Positions 52,380-62,826 of a DNA stretch of 64,000 nt are shown here, piece after piece (position 1 is the first letter of the stretch; the number at the start of each line of letters is the position of its first letter). The position numbers were made by a program, and so were the translations under genes. The stretch comes from Felis catus (lineage: Eukaryota), in the NCBI RefSeq assembly GCF_018350175.1, contig NC_058368.1:15564001-15628000 (forward strand). The letters run 5' to 3'. Below the pieces are notes generated by a model. It did no database searches. It saw only the letters and a program-made list of their open reading frames with translations, and had not been told where the DNA came from.

Positions 52380-53510
52380 AGCAAAAAAGCGCGGTCTTAC
52401 CGAGCGCGCACAGAGAGACTTCAACTGCACACAGAACCTCCACAGCAGCGGCGGCGCCAGCGCAGCGAAACGCAACGCAGCGCTTCCAGCCAGCGCCGCA
52501 GCCGCACTTGCGCAGTCAGCTCCTTCGCTGGCTGCTCAGCCCCGCCCCTCAGAGATGCGAAGTTCCCAGAAAGGCGCCAGGCAGAGAAACGCTCACGCGC
52601 GAGACGCGGCCGCGCAGGCGCAGTCAGGGCCCCCTCACCTAGCCGGAGCCTTTTCCCCTCCGTGGTCTTTGGCTTGCGAAGTGCCGCTGGGCTTCGCATT
52701 TGTTGAAAGGCTGGGGTCGTGGACCCCTGCAAGGTGTCAGCAGCACGGAGGTGCAGGGCGTCGTCGAGGGTGCGGGGCCGGGCGCCGCCGGTGGCGCGCT
52801 CCGCCCCGGGGCCCCCGCCACTGCTCTGGGCCAGGCCCTGGCTCCAGCCTCCGTCCCGGCCCCGGCCTCGCAGTTCACCCTGCTGGTGATGCACCCCTGC
52901 GGAGGGCAGGACGAGTCCGCGGCGGAGGGCGTCCTCAGGCAGCCTCCGGCCCTGGGGGACGGCGGCGCCGGGACGGGCAAGTCCATTAGGTACCTGTGCG
53001 AAGTGGCGGGGGCTGGCGAGGAGGAGGCAGGGGAGGACGAAGCCGACCTGCTGGACACTTCAGACGCCCCGGGGGGAGGCGAGAGCACGGCTAGTTTGGA
53101 GGATCTGGAGGACGAGGAGACACACTCGGGGGGCGAGGGCGGCAGCGGGGGAGCCCGGAGACGGGGTGGCGGCGGGGGCAGCATGAGCAAGACCTGCACC
53201 TTCGAGGGCTGCAGCGAGACCACGAGCCAGGTGGCCAAGCAGCGCAAGCCTTGGATGTGCAAAAAACACCGCAACAAGATGTACAAGGACAAGTACAAAA
53301 AGAAGAAAAGTGATCAGGCCCTGAACTGCAGTGGGGCCGCCCAGCCTGGCAGCGCGGGAAACGTCAGACTGGAGGTATCAGACCTTAGCTGGGGTCTTGG
53401 GGAGTGGGAGGTGGTTAGGGGGGGAAACAACACTCTTAGCGCAAACCGCGTTTCGTTTCCAGCGCTGCCCGCCGGCTCCCAAATGGGCCAGGTTGCTATG
53501 GCTCGACTTG
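52380..53510. promoter_or_regulatory. CpG island / TATA-less promoter of RFXAP
   Basis: Abrupt rise in GC and CpG density. GC box CCCCGCCCC at 52540-52548, TTCCCAGAA at 52563-52571, NRF1-like GCGCAGGCGCA at 52612-52622. Confidence 0.85.
52745..53374 (+). CDS. RFXAP: RFXAP coding exon 1 (210 codons; starts at ACG in the position homologous to the human ATG; first in-frame ATG is at 52889)
   Basis: Translation (T)EVQGVVEGAGPGAA...SQFTLLVMHPC...RYLCE...EEEAGEDEADLLDTSD...SLEDLEDEETHSGGEG...MSKTCTFEGCSETTSQVAKQRKPWMCKKHRNKMYKDKYKKKKSDQALNC...NVRLE matches RFXAP as I recall it. Ends at a phase-0 donor GAG|gtatca (gt at 53375). Confidence 0.95.
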
Positions 53511-53805
53511 TGGCAGAGAGTTAGTGAGTGCTTGTCCTAAATTAGAGTTTATACACACATGTGCAAAGCCTTAACCGTTCGGGTACATCCTTGTGAGAGA
53601 TGAATAAGTGTCAATAGAAATGTTGTGACATATCAGCAGACCTGTTATTTCAAAGATCTGCAATATGGGCTGGAAGGACAGGTAGTAAGTGAATGATGTG
53701 GTTCATCGCTAAAGGAGCAGGCAAAGAAAGAGACCTTAGGAAACTAGATGAAATTATACTTTAGAGAAGGTAATCTCTTCCTGATTGCATTACCCTATTC
53801 ACAGC

Positions 53806-54044
53806 GTACTGTTACCAGTATCCCTATTTTAGTACCCAACTCTTAGTACCCCATTGCTAAGTACTCTGTTCTTAGTGCCCTGGTCTCCCTTAATCTTATT
53901 CTTTTGTACTGTTTTCAGTAACTCTATTCTCAGTAGCCTTATACTGTCCTCAGTACTCCCATGCTTAGTACCCTGTACTTAACCTTGCTCTCAGTATCCC
54001 TTTTCTTAGTACCTTGTTCTAACTATCCCTTTTCTTAGTGCCCC
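53806..54044. repeat. Degenerate ~14-bp tandem repeat (consensus approx. CTTAGTACCCTGTT) in RFXAP intron 1
   Basis: Recurrent (c/t)tagtac / cagta cores roughly every 13-15 bp. Confidence 0.7.
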
Positions 54045-57000
54045 TAGAAAGGGAAATGGAATAATAATGGGGTGTAGGTCTCAGCAGATTTTTGGAGTGT
54101 TTAATTTGAATTGTTTTGAAGGTTAAAGCCAGTGCTCTGGTGTTGGACTTTGGGCTACAAATCTCCATTCCATCATCATTTGCTGGTGGTGTGGCCTTCT
54201 TGAATAGGTTGTTAAACTCTTAGAAGCTTCAGCGTCTTCATCTGTAAAGTGGATTTTAAAATGGTACCTGGTTTGTAATGTTGCAGTGAACATGTGAAAT
54301 AGTCCATATTGAGTGTTCACACAGTGTTCACACTATCTAGCAGATAGTAAAAACCAATAAACCTTAGCCACTATTATTGTCATTATTCGTAGTATTCTTG
54401 GAAGTTGTTACAGATAAGCAGATATTTCATCTGTATGTTTTCCTCCTTTTAATAAAAGCTATAGTCCCTCAGTACATTGAAAAATTGAATTTTGTTAAAA
54501 ATGATCCAGAAAAAATTTTAAACTGAAAGCTGTCCTAGAATGTATTCTGAAAGTCTTTAAATTTCTTAGTTTTTGCTGGACTTGAACAACCTCCTCATTG
54601 CCAAAATTTTAGACTTTGGGGTTGTTTATAAATGTAATGTTATAAATATTTTTAAAATTTAAAGCCCTCAACATGTCACACTTAATTTACACTAATAAGG
54701 GCCTGAGTGACTTCTCTTTCCCTTTTATCTCATTGAGTCTTAATCTGTTTAGGGTAAAAGGATTTATTTCAGAATCTGATAAAACCTAATGAACCCTTTT
54801 CCCAGAAAAAATATATACATGTAGGTATTTAATTTGCATACACATTATAGAGTTCAAAACCCCTGTGGACCTGAACCTGTGTCCTTGTAAAATGTATTTT
54901 ACCAAATCTTAGATTACAAGGAATTATGGAAATAAGCATTTCACTTATTACAGAATGAAAGTAAGGTTGATTTTTTGCCCCCTATATGTTTCAAAGTTTC
55001 TCCTGTGTTTCAAATTCACTTCAGAATTCTTCAGAGAGAGAATATACTTCTTTTCAAGAAAGAGGTATTTTACCTATAGTTACTTTTTTTCTTTTAACTG
55101 TCCAGCTTTTACATCTACAGTTTGAAGAAAATGTATAAAAGGCAAATAGATACTGAATTAAGTCTCCCCCTCGACGTCCCACAAAGAAGAATCTTAATAA
55201 TTTTCCTATTCTAAAATAATTTGCATGATTTTTTAGGAAAGAGAAGTAATTGCTATCAGCAAGAATTAATACCCTGCTGTACCATTTGTCTTATATTATG
55301 GGACACTTTACCAGTTCTGAGACTTCAAGAGCTGTAAGTCTTTATCTTTGTTGAACTGAGTGTGAAGAAAACCAACAGTGACCATCAGGATATAAGGGGC
55401 AACTGTATAGCACTTCTTTAGTAGTGGAAAGGAGGACAGATCATTATAGGCTGAGATACTCTGGAAAGGCTTTGCAGAGAAAATATAACTCAGTATAAGC
55501 CAGAAAGGGTGGCTAATAGTTTATGCTTAATCAGCTAAGTGATGTGCCAGACACTGTGCAAAGCTGTAAATGGAGTGTCACATCCTTTAGCAATGCTAGA
55601 TACGTGCTGTATTTCACATACATGGAAACTAAGGCACAGAAAGGTGAAGTAACTTGGTCTAGGTCTTATAGCCAGCAAATATTCAAACCCAAGTAGTCTG
55701 ATTCTAGAGCCTTCACTCACATAGTGTATCCTCACACAATACTGTTTCCCTCGAATTTGGGTAGGTGAAAGAAAATGAAGCTCATCTTAGTAAAAAAAGG
55801 GAAGTGGGAATACAGAAGACACTTTTGGGAAGAAACAGGAGGACCACTCTAGCTAGAGTGAAATATTTATGTGGAAAATTCATGAAAAATAAATTTGGAA
55901 AGAGAATTGGAAGCCAGTTTATGTATGGTATTGAATGGCAGGTTATGGGATTTAGGTTTGGAGTCTTTAAATGAAGCTTCTAATTAGGAAGTAACAGGGC
56001 TCTACTCTAATGGGATGGTTTAAAGTCAAGGCTTGTAGACTTAGAGACTTTAGGAGATTATTATAGTAGGACTGATGGGCAGTGGTAGGGGTCTTCTGTA
56101 GTGTGAAAAGCAAATTAGAAATTAAGGTTTTTAAAATCATTTACATAAATCAAATAAGGAACAAATATATATAATATTTAGTCTATGCATCTAAAAGTGT
56201 ATTATATGAGAGAACACATAAAAGGAACTAGGGTTAAAATAATTGACTTATGGGGTTGATCATTATCCCTAAATATCTAAAAGGCTATCGTTTAGAAGAA
56301 GCAGTAGGTTTATTTTGCATAGTTTAAGTAACTAGGAACCTTAGGTGAAAATCACAAGACATATGTCTTTCAGCTTGACCTATATAAAAGCTACCTAGAT
56401 GTTGGAGTTACTTAAAATTAAATGGGATGCCTCAAAAGTTGGTAAACTCCTTAGGGCAAAAGGTGTTGAAAATTTTTGAAAAAGGAATTTGAACACTGTA
56501 GAAGTTTGGACTAGCTGACTCAAGGTTATTTCTACTACAAGCTTCTGTGTTTTTGTGACATTAACATTGTGAATCTACATAGTGCTTTTCTGGGGTTGTA
56601 AGAATAACACCATCAAGTCAGTTTCATTATTTTGTTTCTGTGCACACAAAAATGACATGTAGTTAATCCTGTGGGGAGCGAGAGAGGAAGAAATTATTTT
56701 TGTTTTCTCTGGTATCAGAATGCTCTTTTTACAGTTTTTTTTTTTTTTTCCTTTACATTTTGCGGCCTAAAGTGTTTAGGGATTGAACATTTTTGTCACA
56801 TCCAGTTGATAAACTTCTCATAATGAAAGAGAGAAAGTGGATATTTTAACAGAGAACTCAGAGCCAGTGGGGAAAGAGGTCAGGAGAAGAAAACAGCTTC
56901 AGTAACCACCTAAATAAAGAGCAAAGAGAGGAGAGTAAATTTACATATGGCTTCATGGTAAAACACTTACAGTTTTATATTTGCTTAGTTAGAATTTCTG

Positions 57001-57345
57001 GGTGTGGTCAGTATTGTATCAGGTTTTCTAAGAGTCAGAATATCTTAGTTAACTACAACAATATTTAGTTATGCCAGGAAAATTGTATTTTAAGATTCTG
57101 TCAGGTAACGGGATACATATTTGGTAGTTAGTGCTGATTTTGTTTAGTTAAGGATGTCTCAGACTATGGTTTTCATTTTAGAACTTAACTATTTTGGCTA
57201 TACCAATAGCAGGAGATTATTTATACCAGTGCTTTCTAGTCTTTTCAAAGCCAGTTTGTCATTTTTTTCCTAGTGACTTCCAAAGTTTGAAAGCTTCGTC
57301 TGTCAGTTGCTTCTTTAATATTTTACTGCCCCCCCCCCCCCCCCC

Positions 57346-57433
57346 CCGCATTTAACTGTTGTTAAATGGGCAAGAAACTATCAGGGTGTCCGCATTTAAC
57401 TGTTGTTAAATGGGCAAGAAACTATCAGGGTGT
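57346..57433. repeat. Perfect 44-bp tandem duplication next to a C19 tract
   Basis: ccgcatttaactgttgttaaatgggcaagaaactatcagggtgt x2. Confidence 0.95.
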
Positions 57434-57850
57434 CTCATTAGCAATATGTAAATTGCCTTTGAGTTATGTATTTATGACAAACTTTGTTTTGGCCTGGGTG
57501 GCTTTATCTGAAGAGAATGTTTAATTTCCACTTGGCATTTTTTGTAATATTGAAAATAGCTAACAAGTAACTCTTTGCTTCTTCCACCTCTGCCCCACTA
57601 TTGATTTTGAGACCTTCAAGAGACTGGAAATCCCAGGTTGGAAATCGTAGAAGGTGAGGGAGTGAAGAATGTCCTATAAAATTAACTGCCATCACTTTAC
57701 CTATGACTTAAACAGGGATTTTCCCAATGTTTCACAGGGACTAAGCAAGAAGGAAGAGAAGCTGAGACCCATTCCTTACATCATTGAAAGCTTACAATCA
57801 CGGATTATTACTTAACTTAATCCTATTTGTATTTTTATCATTTATCCCAG

Positions 57851-57958
57851 GAAAGTACAGATAACATACTCTCCATTGTTAAACAAAGAACAGGAACCTT
57901 TGGGGATCGTCCTGCAAGACCCACTCTTTTAGAACAAGTGTTAAATCAGAAAAGACTG
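57851..57958 (+). CDS. RFXAP: RFXAP coding exon 2 (36 codons)
   Basis: Polypyrimidine acceptor tttttatcatttatcccag|GAA; translates ESTDNILSIVKQRTGTFGDRPARPTLLEQVLNQKRL; donor CTG|gtaaat; phase 0/0. Confidence 0.96.
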
Positions 57959-58269
57959 GTAAATATCTGTTTGTAAAGTACTTACAAATTTGTGAACAAA
58001 AGTTTTTGTAAATAGAATTATGTAGCTTTTGTGATTTTAAAACTTGTTAAACGGTTACCAGGATCGAATTGTTCTTCCACCACACACTAGAATGTCATAA
58101 TGCTCTCCCAAAACTGGATGAGCTGAAACACCTTTATTCCTATATCTTCACTGACTAAACCTTGAATATCTGAGCAAGATAGGGTTTTAAAAGAGACTTG
58201 CTTTGTACTGAATTCTGTGATTTATGGGATAATGCTTTAGTGGTATGGAAGTATAATTAGGCTACCATT

Positions 58270-59120
58270 TAAGAAAGATCTCTATTATAAACTTGGTAGA
58301 AGGCATCAGAATTCAATCAGAAAAAGAGAGATTATTCAATAAATACTGAAATAACTGGTTAATAATTTGAGGACAAAAAATAATTTAACTAATCATGTCA
58401 CTGTACATCAAAATAAATTCCTGATAAAGATTTTTAAAAAATGGCATTGAAACTTTATCTCAAAAATATTTTTCTGGCTTAAAAGAAATAGGCAAAATTA
58501 CAAAGAAATGAATACTATCGTCAAAAATGGTGGTAAAAATGCAAACTTCAAAATAACATATAGGAAAAATCTTTGCAACAAATATAAGAGACTGTGGTTA
58601 ATATGGTTGACATTTTTAGTTTACAAAATATTTATATAAGTTGATGAGGAAAAAGTTTTGACTTTAATACATTGCAAAAAATATGAATAGGGAAAAAAAG
58701 CAGAAATGCCACTATTTAATGATATGAAAAGGTATTCAATGTCAGTAAAAATCACAATAAACAGTACAACAGATGAAAATTATTTAAATGATAACAAACA
58801 ATGACGTTGAGGGTTCCATGAACTAGATATTCATTCTTTTGATGGTATCATATGTTGGTATAATAAGACTTCTGCAAAGCAGTTTGGCACTATGTATCAG
58901 AAGTCTCCAAACTAATCATTCATTTAGCTCAGCAGTCATACTTACTGTGGAGATCTCTGCAGGAAATAAATTCTGTATATGGATAAAGTTAAGCATAAAG
59001 ATGTTGCCAGAAATGTAATTATCACAGTTAGTAAAATTGTAGTTTAAACAGCTTAAATGCTCAAACAGTGTCATAATAACTGAGTAGACTATTGTGCATT
59101 TACTTAATAGAATTTGGGAC
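58270..59120 (+). mobile_element. Ancient L1M fragment in RFXAP intron 2
   Basis: Degenerate ORF2 3' region motifs (gattattcaataaat; gcaaagcagtttggcactatgtatca). Confidence 0.55.
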
Positions 59121-59190
59121 TATCTTTACAAATACATGTTTTTATTGAAGTATGGTTGACTACAAGTAAGTTTTAAAACCAGTAACTAGT

Positions 59191-59668
59191 GGGGCGCCTG
59201 GGTGGCGCAGTCGGTTAAGCGTCCGACTTCAGCCAGGTCACAATCTCGCGGTCCGGGAGTTCGAGCCCCGCGTCGGGCTCTGGGCTGATGGCTCAGAGCC
59301 TGGAGCCTGTTTCCAATTCTGTGTCTCCCTCTCTCTCTGCCCCTCCCCCGTTCATGCTCTGTCTCTCTCTGTCCCAAAAATAAATAAACGTTGAAAAAAA
59401 AAAAAAGTATAATAAAAAAAATAAATAAAACCAGTAACTAGAAAATGTACTTTGCTCTAATGTTAAGGTTTTTTTTTTTTTAAGTTTATTATATTGAGAG
59501 AGACAGAACAGTCACGGGAGGGGTAGAGAGGGAGTGGTGGGGACAGAGGATTTGAAGCAGTCTGTGCTGACAGCAGAGAACCTGACATGGGCCTCAAACC
59601 CACAAACCGCAAAATCATAATCTGAGCCGAAGTCAGATGCTTAACCAACTGAGCCACCCAGGTGCCCC
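59191..59668. mobile_element. Inverted Can-SINE pair in RFXAP intron 2 (young + copy 59191-59428; older - copy ~59468-59668)
   Basis: TSD taaaaccagtaactag for the + copy; TSD tctaatgttaag for the - copy. Confidence 0.92.
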
Positions 59669-59956
59669 TCTAATGTTAAGTTTTAACATCAGTATTTAAT
59701 GATAGTATTTCCACCTTGTTCAGTTTATCTTTTTCAGTTTTTTGGAACCAAAGTATTTTTTCTCCTCATCAATTTCTATAAGTATTTTATTATAGTAAAA
59801 TCATACTAACCAGAGTCTGTTATAGTTGTTATATGACTTTATATTTTAAAATGACAGTTGTACAAAACTGTATATATTTTTTTTGATCAGTCATATTCTG
59901 TCTTTTCTGAACTTTTGGTAATGTGCTAATATTACTTTTATTAATACCTATATACC

Positions 59957-59959
<3 letters not shown>

Positions 59960-59998
<39 letters not shown>
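59960..59998. repeat. (CA)n microsatellite in RFXAP intron 2 (others at ~9887-9927, ~26923-26950, ~46478-46518)
   Basis: Direct reading. Confidence 0.95.
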
Positions 59999-60003
<5 letters not shown>

Positions 60004-60464
60004 TTTAATTTCTTCAGAAAGACTTAATAGGTTAGTGGGAGAAATTGGATCCTTAAGTGGATTTCCACACTAGCATCTAACGGCCATTTTCACATGTGGC
60101 CCCTTTTCATGTCCTTGTTTTTCTTGCTATAATCTTGGGCCAATGCTATTCTTGGCTGTTTGCTCTTATGTTTCATAGACAATATATATGCTGGCACATC
60201 AATAAAGCATTTCCTTTGTGTTCAAAGTCACCAATAAGATCAGGCTTCACTCACTATTTTTAGGTTTTAGTATTTTGATGTATGACATCACATTTTATTA
60301 TTATTAGTTTGCAGTTTAATTGCAATGCATCAGATGCAAGGGTGAATGCAAAGGCATGTTTTATAAGTATATTGTGCCTTGTGCAGGGACATAACAGTAA
60401 TTTTATAGCATGTGAAGATAATCCCATAAGAATAATGTTAACAAATACATATTTTCTTTTTAAG

Positions 60465-60575
60465 TCATTACTAAGAAGTCCAGAAGTGGTGCAATTTTTA
60501 CAGAAACAGCAACAACTATTAAATCAGCAAGTTTTGGAGCAAAGACAGCAGCAGTTTCCAGGAACATCAGTGTGA
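60465..60575 (+). CDS. RFXAP: RFXAP coding exon 3 (Gln-rich C-terminus, stop TGA)
   Basis: Acceptor ttttctttttaag|TCA; translates SLLRSPEVVQFLQKQQQLLNQQVLEQRQQQFPGTSV*. Confidence 0.96.
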   Translation, partial: SLLRSPEVVQFLQKQQQLLNQQVLEQRQQQFPGTSV

Positions 60576-62105
60576 AAGAATCTATCAAGAAGATCTACAT
60601 GGTTTTTATTTTGTTGTAGTAGATGGACATATTTTTATACTAAAGATAAATGGGGTAAGACATGCCAGTGAAACATAAGCAGTCATTTTCCTGTAAATGT
60701 ATGTGTGCATTTGGGGATAAATAAGTATTGCACTTTGTGCATCTAATCCTTTCAGGTTACCGTGAATTTGAAGAAACAGCTTATCTTTCCAAAATAACAT
60801 TTAATTACAGTTGTTTTTTTAAACAAAGTGTTCCTCTTCAGTCATAGTTACTGAAGGTAATGGAGCAGTTACTTTCTGTGGAAGTCAAAAAGTTAATAGA
60901 TACTAATCTTTGGTCATTTAATTCAGTGGTTCTTATCAAGGGTCATCTGCAAATGTATGGATATGTTTTTGTTGTCACAGTGACCTTGAAAACTCCTAGT
61001 TTTTTAGTGAATGGGTCAGGAATGCTAAGTGTTGTATGGTGTCTGGCATGGCCCTTCACAACTAATAATTATCTTACCCACAATGCCAGTAATCCTTCTC
61101 TTAAGATACACTGATAGTTGTGATACTACTTGTGATGATAAAATGTAGTCAGGGCACCTAGAATTGGATTCTTGTAATAACCTTTTCTTTACAGTTAAGA
61201 CTGGAGCTGTCAAAGAGGTAAGCATATTTTAAATGTGTAAGGAAAGTGATCATTGTTACTATCTGTGAAATTAGGATGTGCATTTCTTTTCAGGCATGTG
61301 CTGCTAAAACCTAGGAGAGGGGTTATCTAAGTACACTGGAATGAAAGCATCTCTTCAAGTTGGCTTCTTACTTCATGTTACCTATTAGTATTGATCTCTT
61401 TTAAAGCAGACTTGTATGTTAAGTCTGTGAACGGTATATAGATGTATCTCATTCCACCAATGTCAGGACAAAAAAAAATTTTTTTGATACTCCTTTTCCT
61501 TTTCAAAAAGAGATTCTGAAAGTAAAAATAACACTCCACCATTTTGTCAATGTTTTCCGAAACAGCTAATTTAAGATCATATTATTCCTAAAGTTCACAG
61601 AATGATGGGTAACTGGATAGATAACTTTTTCCTTGTATCTTCTCCTAGGAAAAGTTTTAAAAGGCAAGCCTACCAATAAGAGTAACCAATCAAATGTCAA
61701 GAGAGGATTTCCAATGTTAGATAATAAATGTATGTCTCTTAAGTCTAACTGCAAAAATGTGTTTGTTTCTTGGGTTTTAAGCCCTGAAATATGTATCCAG
61801 TTAAACTTAGTCATGGCTGTTCTAAGAAGTACTTAAGGAGAGAAAGAATATTTTTGTTTATTTTTTATGTGTGGTTTATACCTGCCTATCTGTGCAAAAA
61901 TAACAGATTTCACCAAAATTATTCATTAAAGCCCAGTTGTTGACCTTTGCATTGTCTGATTCACTTGTTCTATTCTTCAGTTTTTTCACTCTGGATGCAG
62001 AGGAATTCATTTACATTTGTTATTAACTGTTAGTTCTCTTACTTACGGTATTGGAGCTTTACTTAATTCCTACAGTGTAAATAAACTTTTATGGTGAAAA
62101 AAAAT
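60576..62105 (+). other. RFXAP: Probable RFXAP 3' UTR ending after an AATAAA signal at 62080-62085
   Basis: AT-rich, SINE-free sequence after the stop codon, with canonical AATAAA preceded by TGTA. The cleavage site is inferred. Confidence 0.55.
60924..61093 (+). mobile_element. MER20-like hAT MITE in the RFXAP 3' UTR
   Basis: cagtggttctt...tttttgttgtcaca...ggtcaggaatgcta...aattatcttacccacaatgcca...tacactg. Confidence 0.65.
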
Positions 62106-62274
62106 CAGCTTATCCTTTAAATAGGATAGGAGGCATATGAAAGGAGGGAAAGTAATAGGCCAGGAAGTACTGAATTAAAATAAAAGAGATTGAATTTATG
62201 TATATGTAAGTATCTATCTCAACATATACTTGCAGATAAATCACTAAAACAATAAGGTTTTTACTTATTTGGGG

Positions 62275-62826
62275 GTAGATTTATTGCATGTGTCACTACT
62301 AGTTTATACCTCCATGTGCTCATAACTTTCACCTTATGGCTTTACAGCTCCTCCCACCAGGAAATTGACTTTATTTACCTATCCCTTAAATCTGAACGAC
62401 TGGCCTGTGACTTGTTTTAGCCAATAGAATGCATAAGAAATAATATGCCAACTTTGAGTAGATTTCCAAAGATTTTGAATAGTTGCCCTTGTTCTTTTAG
62501 AATCCTACTCAGCTGCCTACTAGCCTAGCCCAGCCTAATTTGCTGGACAAGGAAACACATAGCCCAGGCATCTTAGTTACCAACAGCCTGTAACAGCCAG
62601 GCATGTGAGTGAGGCTATGCTAGACTAGCTATCCCCCAGGCGACCTGCCAGCTGACTGTAGATGCATTTGAAATCCCAACCCAAATCAGCCAAACCTAGC
62701 CCAGAACTACAGAACCACCCAGCTGACCTGTAGAGTTGTGGGCAATAATAAATGTTTATGACTGTAAGCCACAATGTTTTGGGGCGGTTTGTTACACAGC
62801 ATTCTTGAGAGTAGGTAACTGATACA
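62275..62826 (+). mobile_element. MaLR LTR (MLT1-type) downstream of RFXAP
   Basis: gtgacttgttttagccaatagaatg...catgtgagtgagg...ttttggggcggtttgttacacagca...taactgataca. Confidence 0.7.

Noticed and set aside
52421..53298. Long antisense ORFs (157 aa, 219 aa) over exon 1
   Set aside because: Expected shadows of GC-rich coding sequence; low complexity and no recognisable homology.
52700..53524. 274-aa single-exon ORF as the full protein
   Set aside because: It starts at TTG and reads through the exon 1 donor. RFXAP similarity stops at NVRLE (53374) and resumes in the spliced exons 2 and 3.
53806..54044. CRISPR-like or otherwise prokaryotic repeat array
   Set aside because: Mammalian intron; the units are short, degenerate and contiguous, with no unique spacers or cas genes.
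60282..60464. Upstream extension of the exon 3 ORF
   Set aside because: Intronic; a good acceptor at 60464 and RFXAP similarity begin at SLLRSPE.
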